This document shows positions 26,865-37,191 of a stretch of 64,000 nt of DNA, one piece after another; position 1 is the stretch's first letter; the number at the start of each line of letters is the position of its first letter. The notes beneath the pieces are model-generated. The model saw only the letters and a list, made by a program, of their open reading frames with translations, searched no databases and was not told the origin of the DNA. Origin of the DNA: an uncultured Verrucomicrobiota bacterium (GTDB taxonomy: Bacteria > Verrucomicrobiota > Kiritimatiellia > CAIKKV01 > CAITUY01); contig CAZDUS010000002.1 in assembly GCA_964508705.1 (NCBI GenBank), forward strand, positions 951 through 64,950. The letters are read 5' to 3'. The position numbers were made by a program, and so were the translations under genes.

Positions 26865-27866
26865 ATGTTTGTGTTGATTACGATTGGCCTCAATCTATTA
26901 AACGCGATTCTTGGTTTCATGGGATACCTCTGTTATGGGGGGATTGTGGTGGTTTTGGGATCCCAACTCGTTAATGCCGCCACGAGCTCAGAGAACTTCG
27001 GATTATTGAAAAGCGTCGCGAATTTTGTGGAACCCCTGCAGAAGCCGGTCATTGATTTCCTGCATGCACATATTCCCTGTATATATGGAAAATTCGATGC
27101 CGCGCCAGCGATGATAGGTCTCGTTTTTTTGCTTATGTGTATGGGGTTCGATCATTTGGCACACCGGGTCCGGGTTTACCGGCTTAGTTTGATTGAGAGG
27201 CGCAAGTTGGCCGAGCGACAAGAGGCGATTAAACTTCAAGGGGAGGCGTATTTGGTTGCCGCTGAAGCGGAGAAGGACCCCTCGAAGCGTGAGAAGTTGA
27301 TAGAGGTTTACGCCCGGACAAAGAAAATGATTGAGGAACAGAAGAAGCACATGGCGTTTCTGTCGATTGATGTGGTGAATTCGACAGGCATGAAGAATGG
27401 CGAGGATCCAGTGCTGGCTGAACGTGACTTCAGGAATTTCAGGAAGCTTGTCGAGCGCATTATCAATGAACATGGGATGCTAAAGACGGCATGGACGCCG
27501 GATGGAATGATGATTGGGTTTGCTACGGTTCAGGACGCCGTTGGCGCGGCAAAGACCCTGATTCGGAGCATGGCGTGTTTCAATCGCGATATGAAGTCAA
27601 TGAAAGCGGACTTCAACATTCGATGCGGAGTGAACACGGGCGAGGTTTTGTTTGACGAGTCGGTGCCCATGGAAGAGATGGCGCATGGAGTGATTGATGT
27701 GGCGGGGCATATGCAGAAATACGCTAGTGAAAACACGATTTACGTCGGTGGGCCTGTTGCCGAGGAGGTAGGCGCTCTTGGAGGGTTCCGTCCCGCCTAT
27801 AAGCAGGTGGATGGCCTTGAGGTTTATGAGTGGAGGCCTGCGTTCGAGGCTGACTCAAGGGCGTGA
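26865..27866 (+). CDS. Class III nucleotide cyclase domain protein with YggT-like membrane N-terminus
   Basis: FLSIDVVNST, TPDGMM, IRCGVNTGEV. ATG 26865 follows GAGGGG. Confidence 0.75.
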   Translation: MFVLITIGLNLLNAILGFMGYLCYGGIVVVLGSQLVNAATSSENFGLLKSVANFVEPLQKPVIDFLHAHIPCIYGKFDAAPAMIGLVFLLMCMGFDHLAHRVRVYRLSLIERRKLAERQEAIKLQGEAYLVAAEAEKDPSKREKLIEVYARTKKMIEEQKKHMAFLSIDVVNSTGMKNGEDPVLAERDFRNFRKLVERIINEHGMLKTAWTPDGMMIGFATVQDAVGAAKTLIRSMACFNRDMKSMKADFNIRCGVNTGEVLFDESVPMEEMAHGVIDVAGHMQKYASENTIYVGGPVAEEVGALGGFRPAYKQVDGLEVYEWRPAFEADSRA

Positions 27867-27873
27867 TGGCTAA

Positions 27874-29016
27874 TTAGCAGCAAACGCGGTTTCTGCCTGC
27901 TTTTTTGGCGCAGTAGAGTGATGAATCCGCCTGAAGGATCATTTTCTCGAAATCGTCCTTCATGGATGGTTCCCATGTGCTGACACCGATGCTTACGGTT
28001 ACCTTGATCCGGTGATTGTCATGATTGAATACGTGGCATTCGATGAATGAACGGATTCTTTCGGCGAGTTTCAACGCTTCCGGGTGATTGATAGGCGTGG
28101 CGATGATGGTAAATTCCTCGCCGCCATAGCGTGCGAGCAGATCGGTTTCCCGCAATGTTTTTTTGATACCCGTGGCAAGTTCTGAGAGAACAAAGTCGCC
28201 CGCGAGATGCCCGTAGGTGTCATTAACGGACTTGAAGTGGTCGATATCGAACATGAGCAGGGAGACTTCGGAACCATAGCGGTGGGCGCGTTTCACTTCC
28301 TGGCTCAGTCGCTCCATGAAATGCCGGCGATTATGAGTCTGGGTGAGGGAGTCAGTGATTGAGAGACGTTCCAGTTGCTGATTCAGGATTGAAAGGCGGT
28401 TGTTAGCGGAGACCAGTTCAGCGGTTCGTTCTGCGACTTTTTGCTCGAGGGATTGGTTCAGCAAGGTCAGTCGCTGGTAAAGGTCCGCATTCTCGATAGC
28501 CACCGAGGCATGAGAGGCGAGGGCAGAAAGAAGCGATTCATCGTTGGAGGTAAATACGCCGTTTTTTTTGTTAAGCACTTGAATGGCGCCGATAATTTTA
28601 CCACGACTGTTTTTTAGAGGGACGCATAAAGTGCTTTTGGTCAGGAAGCCGGTTTTTTGGTCGAAAGCGGGGTTGAAGCGGGGATCCTCATAGGCGTTGG
28701 GGATGTTAATCACTTCGCCGGTTTGGCCAACGGTTCCCGCGATGCCCATGCCGATGGGGAATCGGATTTCTCTTGTGTCGACACCCTGGGCGATTTTCGC
28801 CCACATTTCCTGTGTGCTTGTATCGATCAGGAACAGCGAGCTTCGTTCGGCGTCCATCACGGAGGTGGCTTCCTCAATGATCAGGAGCAATAATCGATTG
28901 AGGTCATGTTCGGCCGTGACCCGCAGGCTAATTTTAAGCAAGCTTGCCAACCGCTCTGGTCTGATAACGCCTGAGGGTTCCTGTATTCTTGATTGCGACG
29001 AATCGCTTGGAGGCAT
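27874..29016 (-). CDS. GAF-domain diguanylate cyclase
   Basis: GAF (AYEDPRFN..D, QVLNKK..F..DE), coiled coil, DSLT, DIDHFKSVND, I-site RETD, GGEEF. Confidence 0.92.
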   Translation of the reverse strand: MPPSDSSQSRIQEPSGVIRPERLASLLKISLRVTAEHDLNRLLLLIIEEATSVMDAERSSLFLIDTSTQEMWAKIAQGVDTREIRFPIGMGIAGTVGQTGEVINIPNAYEDPRFNPAFDQKTGFLTKSTLCVPLKNSRGKIIGAIQVLNKKNGVFTSNDESLLSALASHASVAIENADLYQRLTLLNQSLEQKVAERTAELVSANNRLSILNQQLERLSITDSLTQTHNRRHFMERLSQEVKRAHRYGSEVSLLMFDIDHFKSVNDTYGHLAGDFVLSELATGIKKTLRETDLLARYGGEEFTIIATPINHPEALKLAERIRSFIECHVFNHDNHRIKVTVSIGVSTWEPSMKDDFEKMILQADSSLYCAKKAGRNRVCC

Positions 29017-29154
29017 ATGAGAAAGTTTCCTTTTGATGCGAAAGACTGCCAAACAGAAGTTAACGACACAAGTACGAAGACGAATTAATCATTTGAAGAA
29101 ACCGTTGCCAGTTGGGTTTATGATTTCGTAATGTCTGCCGGAACGGAGATTCTT

Positions 29155-30234
29155 ATGGGAAACACATTTGGACATTTATTCAGGGTGACAACCTTTGGGG
29201 AGTCGCATGGCCCGATGGTGGGGGCGGTGGTGGATGGATTGCCTGCGCGGCTTGCGTTGACTGAGGCGGATATCCAGCCGCAACTCGATCGTAGACGTCC
29301 AGGGCAGAGTGATTTGACTACGCCGCGGGGTGAAGTGGACGTGGTTCAGATTGTTTCGGGAGTTGAGAAAGGGGTGACTTTGGGGTCCCCAGTGGCACTG
29401 ACTGTGCATAACCGGGACACGCGACCCGAGGATTATGGCGAGATGGTGGCGGCGCCCCGGCCTTCCCATGCGGATTTTTCCTACAAGATGAAATACGGGA
29501 TATTGGCATCCAGCGGGGGCGGGCGGGCCAGCGCGCGCGAGACGATCGGGCGGGTGGCGGCGGGGGCGATTGCTGAAAAACTGCTGAGGGAACGCTTTGG
29601 CATTGAGATTGTCGCGTGGGTGGAATCTGTCCAAAACCTTGGGATATCCGAGCCTGATGTGACGATGTTGACGCGGCAGATTGTGGATCGGTCGCCGGTG
29701 CGCTGTCCTGATCCGGATATGGCGGAAAGGATGGCCGACTTGATTCGGAAGACCCGGGACGAAGGTAACTCCCTAGGCGGTGTGGTGGCGTGTGTGTGTC
29801 GTCATGTTCCAGCGGGTTGGGGTGAGCCTGTGTTTGACAAGATAAGCGCCAGGTTGGCGGCGGGGATGATGTCTATTCCCGCGACGCGCGGGTTTGAGAT
29901 CGGAGCAGGGTTCAAGTGCACGCAAATGACGGGAGCCGATCATAACGATATGTTTGTCCGCAAGGGCGATCGACTGGGGACGGTGACGAATCGTAGTGGC
30001 GGAATACAGGGTGGGATTACGAATGGGGAGCCCATTGTATTCCGGGTGGCATTCAAACCTCCGGCGACAATCGGGAAGGCGCAATCCACGGTGGATTGGG
30101 CTGGCGGGGAGGTTAATTTGGCGGCGAGGGGGCGTCATGATCCCTGTGTGGTGCCGAGGGCTGTGCCGGTGGTGGAAGCCATGGCGGCATTGGTGCTGGC
30201 GGATGCCGCATTGCTGGCGGTGGCGGCGGGATGA
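29155..30234 (+). CDS. aroC: Chorismate synthase
   Basis: TFGESHG, RRRPGQS, RPSHAD, GRASARET, GRHDPC. Confidence 0.96.
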   Translation: MGNTFGHLFRVTTFGESHGPMVGAVVDGLPARLALTEADIQPQLDRRRPGQSDLTTPRGEVDVVQIVSGVEKGVTLGSPVALTVHNRDTRPEDYGEMVAAPRPSHADFSYKMKYGILASSGGGRASARETIGRVAAGAIAEKLLRERFGIEIVAWVESVQNLGISEPDVTMLTRQIVDRSPVRCPDPDMAERMADLIRKTRDEGNSLGGVVACVCRHVPAGWGEPVFDKISARLAAGMMSIPATRGFEIGAGFKCTQMTGADHNDMFVRKGDRLGTVTNRSGGIQGGITNGEPIVFRVAFKPPATIGKAQSTVDWAGGEVNLAARGRHDPCVVPRAVPVVEAMAALVLADAALLAVAAG

Positions 30235-31352
30235 GTCGAGTCGGAACATTTGAGATATTGGCGACGGACAAGACGACCCGAGCAAGGCGCGGCCGATTAT
30301 GGACGGCGCATGGTCCCATTGAGACGCCTGTCTTCATGCCAGTGGGGACGCAGGCGACGGTCAAGGCGATGACTCCGTTGGAATTGGAATCGGCGGGGGC
30401 TGAAATCATTCTTGGCAATACCTACCATCTGTATGTGCGGCCCGGGATGGATATTATTGAGAAAAGCGGCGGACTGCACCGGTTTATGGGGTGGGATCGT
30501 CCGATCTTGACGGATAGCGGCGGATTTCAGGTATTTAGTCTGTCAAAATTGCGGAAGATCATGCCGGATGGCGTGGAATTTTCGTCGCATGTGGATGGGA
30601 CGCGGTTGTTCCTGGGGCCCCGTGAGGCGATGGATATCCAGAGGCGGTTGGGGTCGGATATCGCCATGGCGTTTGATGAGTGTACGCCGTATCCCTGCAC
30701 CCACGAATACGCTTGTCAGGCTGTGGATCGGACCCTATCATGGGCCGCTTTATGTGCTGAAAGCCGTTCTGACAGCGGTCAACTTGTGTTCGGGATTGTG
30801 CAGGGCGGTGAATTTGCGGAGCTCCGGAAACGGTGTGCCCGTGAGTTGACGGTGATGGGATTTGATGGATATGCGGTGGGGGGGGTGAGCGTCGGGGAGC
30901 CGGAATCGGTGATGATGGAGGCTACGCGTAACGGTGTGGAGGAATTGCCGTTCGAGAAGCCGCATTACCTGATGGGGGTTGGGGTGATGAGGCAGATGAT
31001 TGAGGCCATTGCGTTGGGGATAGACATGTTTGATTGTGTCATGCCCACACGGTATGCGAGGCATGGGACGGCGTTGACGAGGGCGGGGAAGTATCCGGTC
31101 AAGGCGGGGGAATACAAGGAGGACATGCGCCCAGTCGAGGAGGGGTGCAGTTGTTATTGCTGTTCCCGGTTCAGCCGGGCGTATGTGAGGCATTTGATGA
31201 ATGTGGGTGAGGTTCTCGGGGTGCGATTGTTGACGATTCACAACATCCACCGGTACATGGAGTTTATGCGCGAGATTCAGAGAGCTTTGGATCAAGGCGT
31301 TTTTGAGGAATATCGACGGGCGTTTTACGAACAGAACAAGGAGAAGGCATGA
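30231..31352 (+). CDS. tgt: Queuine tRNA-ribosyltransferase
   Basis: TPVFMPVGT, NTYHL, TDSGGFQV, YLMGVG, DMFDCV, Zn motif CSCYCC...H. Confidence 0.96.
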   Translation: MSRVGTFEILATDKTTRARRGRLWTAHGPIETPVFMPVGTQATVKAMTPLELESAGAEIILGNTYHLYVRPGMDIIEKSGGLHRFMGWDRPILTDSGGFQVFSLSKLRKIMPDGVEFSSHVDGTRLFLGPREAMDIQRRLGSDIAMAFDECTPYPCTHEYACQAVDRTLSWAALCAESRSDSGQLVFGIVQGGEFAELRKRCARELTVMGFDGYAVGGVSVGEPESVMMEATRNGVEELPFEKPHYLMGVGVMRQMIEAIALGIDMFDCVMPTRYARHGTALTRAGKYPVKAGEYKEDMRPVEEGCSCYCCSRFSRAYVRHLMNVGEVLGVRLLTIHNIHRYMEFMREIQRALDQGVFEEYRRAFYEQNKEKA

Positions 31353-31705
31353 TAGCAGAGATGATGACATTGGGTATGATGACTCCCCCGGCGGGGCAGG
31401 GGCAACAGCAGGGTGGCGGAATGATGATGATCGGGTACATGGCGATCATATTCGCGTTGTTCTATTTCATGATGATTCGTCCCCAGATGAAGCGCGAAAA
31501 AGAGCGCCGGAAACTGATTTCGGAAATCAAGGCAGGGGATCGGGTGATTTTTTGCGGTGGCTTGATTGGCACCGTGGTGAATGTCAGTGAGCGTTTGTTC
31601 ACAGTTAAATTGGCTGACAATGTGAAGGTGGATATTGTGCGCGGGTCAGTGTTGCGCGTTATCCAGAAGGATGAGGATATTGGAGAATTGGACAAGCAGG
31701 CCTGA
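31349..31705 (+). CDS. yajC: Preprotein translocase subunit YajC
   Basis: FYFMMIRPQ, GD.V...GGLIGTV, tgt-yajC-secD synteny. Confidence 0.92.
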   Translation: MIAEMMTLGMMTPPAGQGQQQGGGMMMIGYMAIIFALFYFMMIRPQMKREKERRKLISEIKAGDRVIFCGGLIGTVVNVSERLFTVKLADNVKVDIVRGSVLRVIQKDEDIGELDKQA

Positions 31706-31793
31706 AGCATGGGTTGCAGAGATGCTGTGGTCTGTTGACGAGGGAATCGTCGTAGGTGAATCACCGTTTAGTTGAAAAGGAGCGGTTGGAGAT

Positions 31794-34322
31794 ATGGACA
31801 GAAAAGCGCTTTGGAAGTGGTTGATATTGGGTGTGTTGGTTGTCGGGTCGCTTGTAACGGTATTGCCGTTGAAGGATAAGATCCGGCTGGGTTTGGATCT
31901 TCGCGGTGGGACTAGCTTTACGCTCGAGATTGATGAAGCGGGCGTGATGGATCAACTGCGCGAGGAGTACAAGGAAATGACGGACGCCCAGCGGCAGGAG
32001 AAAGTGCCTGCCCGTGTTCGTGAATCACAGGAGCGAGCGCTGGAAGTTATTCGCAATCGGGTTGACGGGTTGGGAATCTCCGAGCCGGTGATCTATCCTG
32101 AAAAAGGCAGTCGTATTGTGGTTCAACTGCCCGGCATTGGGGAAAAGAAACGTGAGGAAGCGTCCCGCGCCTTGCAAAGTGCCGCGTTCCTGGAATTCAG
32201 AATGGTTCATGAGAAGAATCGTGAGCTGGTTGACAAGCTGTTCGATAAAGGGCTTGTGCCGGTTGGGTATAAGCTGACGTCGTCGAGCGATGCAGGGGTT
32301 AGCCGCAACTACTATAAGCGTGACAAAGCCGCTGTTCCGGATGAAGCCATGGATCAGGATTTCCGGAAGAAAATGGCGTTGTTCAATGCCCCGTCAGGGC
32401 ATGAAATGCTGTTGGAGAAGCAGAAGATCAACGGCGAAGAGTTGTACACGCCCTATTTTGTTGAAAAGCGCGCGCAACTGACTGGCGATACGTTGAAGAG
32501 CGCGATGGTGGAGTACCAAGCCCTAGGGCAGGTTGCTGTGAATCTTGAGTTCAACGCCAAGGGGGCGAGGAAGTTCGCCATGGTGACGACTGATTTTGGA
32601 CCGCGTGGATCGCGTAATCCCAATTCAGACTCTGGTCGGCAGATGGCGATTGTGCTGGATGGCACCTTGTATTCGGCGCCGGTCATTCGGGAGCCGATTC
32701 ATGGTGGGCGTGCTGAAATAAGCGGCAGTTTCACGGTTGAAGAGGGTGCGTTTCTGGCCAACATCCTGAAGGCGGGATCGTTGCCGGCACCGGTAAAGAT
32801 TGTGGAGCAGCGCGTTGTCGATCCCACACTGGGCGCGGATACGATCAAGAGTGGCATCACGGCTGGCATCATGGGGTTTGTGGCCATTCTGGTGTTGATG
32901 ATTCTATATTATCTTGCAAGCGGCGTGATTGCCAACTTTGCCTTGGTGTTGAACGTGGTGCTTTTGCCGCTGGGCATGGTGGCTGTGGCTGGCTTTCTTG
33001 GCATGTTCGCCAAGGATGCGCGTTCCGGGGGGGCGATCGCCTTGCCAGTGCTCACGTTGCCGGGTATCGCCGGTATCGCCTTGTCGATTGGCATGGCTGT
33101 GGACGCCAACGTACTTATTTTTGAGCGTATGCGCGAGGAATTGCGGGTGGGCAAGGGATTGGTCGCCACGATCCATTCCGGCTTTTCGCGGGCGTTTACG
33201 GCGATTTTCGATTCGAACATCACGACGATCATTACTGCGGTTATATTGTTTATTTTGGGATCAGGCCCGGTGCGTGGTTACTCGGTGACACTGATTGCCG
33301 GTTTGGTTGTGAGCTTATATACGGCTGTGGTTGTCACCCGGATGTGTTTTAACGCGATTGGTTCGAGGACCTCGTCGACGAAGGTGTTGACGATGATGAA
33401 CTTGGTCAAGCAGACGAATTTTGATTTCATGAAGCCATGGAAGGTGGCGGTAAGCGTTTCTGTGGTTGTGATCGCCGTTACCTGGGGGATCATGATCAAG
33501 AACGGCATGCAGGATGCGACCAAGGTGTTCGGGGTGGATTTCACGGGCGGATCGCAGATGACGTTCTCCGTGGATAAGAAGGTTGGGGTGGACGAGTTGC
33601 GCGCTGAACTGGTGGCGGCAGGGATCAAGGATGCGACTCCGCTTTACCAGAAGGATATGCAGAGCGGGCGCGAAATGCTTGTGGTCAAGGCTGGCAATGC
33701 CGAACAAGGCGCGAGCGTGAAGAAGGTCATGGATGCCAAGTTTGGAGGAGCGGGGATCAAGCTTCTACAGCAGGATGATGTTGGACCCCAGATTGGGCGC
33801 GAATTGAAATCCAAGGCGGGTAAGGCCATTATCCTGGCGCTGGTGGCGTTGATTGCATATATCTGGTATCGATTTGAACTTGGGTTTGGCATTGGCGCAG
33901 TGGCGGCGTTGTTCCACGATGTGCTCATCACGGTGGGAATCTGTCATGTGTTGGGTGTCCAGCTAAGCATGACGGTGATGGCGGCTTTAATGACGATCAT
34001 CGGGTATTCGGTGAACGACACCATTGTAATTTTTGACCGGATAAGGGAAGACCTGCGGATGGTGCGTGGTAAATCCTTCACGGCTATCTGCAACCAGAGC
34101 ATGAATGAGACCTTGTCACGGACATTGTTGACGAATTTCCTGACATTTGTTTCGGTTTTGTGCCTGCTGTTATTTGGCGGTGGTGGAATCAGGGATTTCT
34201 CTATCGCCATGTTTATCGGCATGATTTCGGGAACCTATTCCACAATCTATATTGCCACTCCGGTAGTGCTGATGTGGTACAAGTTTAAGACCCCGGATAT
34301 GGGGACAAAGTCCCTGGTGTGA
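31794..34322 (+). CDS. secDF: Fused protein translocase SecDF
   Basis: LGLDLRGG, GMAVDANVLIFER, GVDFTGG, GYSVNDTIVIFDRIRE. Confidence 0.95.
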   Translation: MDRKALWKWLILGVLVVGSLVTVLPLKDKIRLGLDLRGGTSFTLEIDEAGVMDQLREEYKEMTDAQRQEKVPARVRESQERALEVIRNRVDGLGISEPVIYPEKGSRIVVQLPGIGEKKREEASRALQSAAFLEFRMVHEKNRELVDKLFDKGLVPVGYKLTSSSDAGVSRNYYKRDKAAVPDEAMDQDFRKKMALFNAPSGHEMLLEKQKINGEELYTPYFVEKRAQLTGDTLKSAMVEYQALGQVAVNLEFNAKGARKFAMVTTDFGPRGSRNPNSDSGRQMAIVLDGTLYSAPVIREPIHGGRAEISGSFTVEEGAFLANILKAGSLPAPVKIVEQRVVDPTLGADTIKSGITAGIMGFVAILVLMILYYLASGVIANFALVLNVVLLPLGMVAVAGFLGMFAKDARSGGAIALPVLTLPGIAGIALSIGMAVDANVLIFERMREELRVGKGLVATIHSGFSRAFTAIFDSNITTIITAVILFILGSGPVRGYSVTLIAGLVVSLYTAVVVTRMCFNAIGSRTSSTKVLTMMNLVKQTNFDFMKPWKVAVSVSVVVIAVTWGIMIKNGMQDATKVFGVDFTGGSQMTFSVDKKVGVDELRAELVAAGIKDATPLYQKDMQSGREMLVVKAGNAEQGASVKKVMDAKFGGAGIKLLQQDDVGPQIGRELKSKAGKAIILALVALIAYIWYRFELGFGIGAVAALFHDVLITVGICHVLGVQLSMTVMAALMTIIGYSVNDTIVIFDRIREDLRMVRGKSFTAICNQSMNETLSRTLLTNFLTFVSVLCLLLFGGGGIRDFSIAMFIGMISGTYSTIYIATPVVLMWYKFKTPDMGTKSLV

Positions 34323-36031
34323 AGCACTGGCGGGTATTAAGTGAGAATCAAGAGCCGGACAGTGGTCCGGCTCTTGTCTCTTCTATTCCTCGCCCCTTGG
34401 CGGAAGTTTTGGCCGCAAGGGGTGTGCGTTCGGAGGCGGAATTCGACCGATATTTTCGTCCTCGCCTGAGTGATCTTGGGGACCCTTTCCAACTGCCAGG
34501 GATGTCCGCCGCCGTTGATCGTTTATGGCATGCCATAGTTAACAACGAGTCTATTGTTGTTTATGGGGATTACGACGTTGATGGCATTACCAGTGCCGCC
34601 CTGATGGTCAAGGTGCTGGGACAGTTCGGGGTTAAGGTTTCTTATTACCTGCCCAGTCGAATGGAGGATGGGTACGGGTTAGGTGTTGAGGCGGTGCAGA
34701 AATGCATCGAGCAGTTCCGGCCTACTTTGATTGTTACCACCGACTGCGGGACGGGTTCAACGGAGGCAGTTCGGCTGGCGGGAAAGATGGGTGTGGATGT
34801 GGTGGTGACGGACCATCATGAATCTGGTGGGGAGGTGGCGCCGGCTGTTGCGGTTGTTAATCCCAAGCTTGGAGGTGATGCCCAAGCCAGAACGCTGGCG
34901 GGGGTGGGAGTGTCGTTCAAGGTTTGCCATGCATTGATCAAGCGGGCCCGTGAGGCGGGACGACCGGAAGCGGAAAGGGTTGATCTCCGCGAATACTTGG
35001 ATTTGGTGGCGCTTGGAACCATAGCGGATGTTGTCCCTTTGACAGGTGAGAACCGGATTTTGGCTAGTCATGGGTTGATGAGGCTTAATCGACGCGAGCG
35101 CAAAGGGGTGAACGCCTTGGGGGATATTGCGGGGGCTCGTGGTGAGTTGAGCGCATACCATGTGGCTTATGTGCTGGGACCAAGACTGAACGCGGCTGGC
35201 AGACTTGGGACGGCGGATTCAGCAATCGAATTGCTTTTAACAAGCCATGAAGAACGGGCGCAGACCCTTGCGGGTGAATTGGACGAGTGTAACCGTGAGC
35301 GGAAGCGGATTGAGAAAGTCATATTGGATGCTGCAATTGACGAAATCGAAACGGGGGCAGGAGAGGTGGGGCCCCATGGTATTGTGGTTGGCCAGAAGGG
35401 ATGGCATATTGGGGTGATAGGCATCGTTGCGGCGAAACTATCGAGTCGATATGAGCGGCCAGCGATTGTGGTCGGGTTTGGCGAGGATGGAATGGGGCGC
35501 GGATCTTGTCGCGGTGTGGAAGGTTTTAACTTGCTGGATGGACTGAAATCATGCGAGTCGTTATTGGCGGGGTTTGGGGGGCATGAGAGGGCTGCGGGAT
35601 TGGAAATCCATTGGGATAATTTCGAGCGATTCCAAAAGGCGTTTCATGCTGTTTGTGCTTCCGAGCTTAAGGGACGTGATTTACGGAGCACACTGACTTT
35701 AGATAGCTGGATTGGGATCGGGGATTTTCAGGATGCGGAATTCATGAGGGTCTTGGAAGGAATGGCACCCTTTGGCGAGGGGAACCACGAGCCCGTGTGG
35801 GGCATGAAGAGCGTCAGGTTGGAAGGTGAGCCCCGTTTGGTGGGAGGTAGTCATTTGAAGATGACCCTTGTGTCGGGCGGGCGGGCTTGCGAGGCCATTG
35901 GGTTTAATTTGGGAGATCGAAAGGTTCCGATGGGGCCCCTAGATTTGGCTTTTACAGTCAGAAAGAATGTATATCAGGGAAGATCCACGGTTCAATTGCA
36001 CATACAGGATTTTCGCGAAGCTGTGTCTTAA
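34319..36031 (+). CDS. recJ: ssDNA exonuclease RecJ
   Basis: GDYDVDG, DCG, TDHH, LGTIADVVPL, PRLNAAGRL, GGH..AAG, PFGEGN. Confidence 0.95.
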   Translation: MKHWRVLSENQEPDSGPALVSSIPRPLAEVLAARGVRSEAEFDRYFRPRLSDLGDPFQLPGMSAAVDRLWHAIVNNESIVVYGDYDVDGITSAALMVKVLGQFGVKVSYYLPSRMEDGYGLGVEAVQKCIEQFRPTLIVTTDCGTGSTEAVRLAGKMGVDVVVTDHHESGGEVAPAVAVVNPKLGGDAQARTLAGVGVSFKVCHALIKRAREAGRPEAERVDLREYLDLVALGTIADVVPLTGENRILASHGLMRLNRRERKGVNALGDIAGARGELSAYHVAYVLGPRLNAAGRLGTADSAIELLLTSHEERAQTLAGELDECNRERKRIEKVILDAAIDEIETGAGEVGPHGIVVGQKGWHIGVIGIVAAKLSSRYERPAIVVGFGEDGMGRGSCRGVEGFNLLDGLKSCESLLAGFGGHERAAGLEIHWDNFERFQKAFHAVCASELKGRDLRSTLTLDSWIGIGDFQDAEFMRVLEGMAPFGEGNHEPVWGMKSVRLEGEPRLVGGSHLKMTLVSGGRACEAIGFNLGDRKVPMGPLDLAFTVRKNVYQGRSTVQLHIQDFREAVS

Positions 36032-36093
36032 TAGGCTGAAAGATCCTTTAGGGTGATTGAACGGGGAACCGCACATCAAGGCGTGTGCTGTTA

Positions 36094-36122
36094 TTGACAG
36101 TGAGTGGGGGTCTGACTACGAT
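36094..36122 (+). promoter_or_regulatory. Sigma70 promoter
   Basis: TTGACA-N17-TACGAT upstream of the FmdB-family gene. Confidence 0.7.
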
Positions 36123-36155
36123 GATGACTTTGATTTTGTGGAGGATGAGGAGCTT

Positions 36156-36395
36156 ATGCCGACGTACGAATATGAATGCAAGAAATGTGGTCACTTTGAA
36201 CACTTTCAGCGGATTACCGATGAGAAGTTGAAGCGGTGTCCCCAATGCAAGGGGACGGTTAAGCGATTGCTTGGTTCTGGTGCGGGGATCATATTCAAGG
36301 GTACAGGGTTCTATCAGACGGATTACCGGAGCGAGAGTTATCAAAAAGGGGCCAAGTCGGATGGCGGTGGTTCAACGACGGCCAAGAAAGACTAA
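36156..36395 (+). CDS. FmdB-family zinc ribbon protein
   Basis: MPTYEYECKKCGH...CPQC...FKGTGFYQTDY. AGGAG RBS. Confidence 0.9.
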   Translation: MPTYEYECKKCGHFEHFQRITDEKLKRCPQCKGTVKRLLGSGAGIIFKGTGFYQTDYRSESYQKGAKSDGGGSTTAKKD

Positions 36396-36407
36396 CGGAA
36401 GGGTTAT

Positions 36408-37121
36408 ATGGCAATCAAGATTGAGTGCGCGCAGTGTGGGTGTCGGAACGACCTTGGTCGTGTTTTTTGCACCCAGTGCGGTGTGAAACTCGACTTGAAA
36501 CGAACCTCGCAGGCCGATCTTGAGGATCGGCGAGAGGTGGATTACGGGGGAATCATCCGGAAGTTGATTGGCGGGGTGTTGATGGTGACCGTGATAGGTG
36601 GCTTATCGCTTTGTTTTTGGCCGGTGAAAGTTCCTGCAGTGTTGCGCGATGCGACCGGAAGCCAGACCGTTACGTACAAGATGAGGGCAATTAAGCAAGC
36701 GTTGATGGCCGGGAAGGCGGTCACGGTGGATTTTTCAGAGGCGGAAGTAAACGGGTTTCTGGCAGGCCGAGCGGGGGCGTATCAGCTCAAGGCGTTGGCG
36801 GTGGACATCAAGTCTGGCGAGATGGATGTGATGGCGTTATTCTCGTGGCGACCAGGGATTGTGACCAATTTGACGTTCCTGCCAGAAAACAAAGTGTCCA
36901 TTCCCGTTAGTCTTGAGATGAGGGTAGGGTTTGATCAGGGGCGGCTTGAGACAGTGATGGGGCGGGTGGGGCATTTGCCGTTGGTTGGGCCTTTATCCGA
37001 TGTGACGCAACCGTTTTTCATGAAATTGATCCCCGATATTCTTGCCGAGAAGCAGTTGTTGGGCGCTTTAGCAGAAGTGGCCTTTGATCAGGATGTGGCA
37101 CACGTCAAGTTTGGCAAATAA
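36408..37121 (+). CDS. Zinc-ribbon membrane-anchored hypothetical protein
   Basis: CAQC...FCTQCG, one TM, extracytoplasmic domain. Confidence 0.7.
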   Translation: MAIKIECAQCGCRNDLGRVFCTQCGVKLDLKRTSQADLEDRREVDYGGIIRKLIGGVLMVTVIGGLSLCFWPVKVPAVLRDATGSQTVTYKMRAIKQALMAGKAVTVDFSEAEVNGFLAGRAGAYQLKALAVDIKSGEMDVMALFSWRPGIVTNLTFLPENKVSIPVSLEMRVGFDQGRLETVMGRVGHLPLVGPLSDVTQPFFMKLIPDILAEKQLLGALAEVAFDQDVAHVKFGK

Positions 37122-37191
37122 CGGGATGAGGCAGAGATAAGTCCCTGCCGAATGGCGGAAGGCGGACGTTCCTGTTGAATGATGGTGCAAT

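Noticed and set aside
26865-27866. Pycsar/CBASS-type defence system
   Set aside because: No adjacent cNMP-binding, TIR or TM effector; the neighbours are unrelated.
36057-36155. Acidic N-terminal extension of the FmdB protein
   Set aside because: Contains the promoter and RBS; the family starts at MPTYEY.
37141-37167. GTCCCTGCCGAATGGCGGAAGGCGGAC hairpin
   Set aside because: Single imperfect copy with no U-tract; not supportable as a terminator or repeat family.
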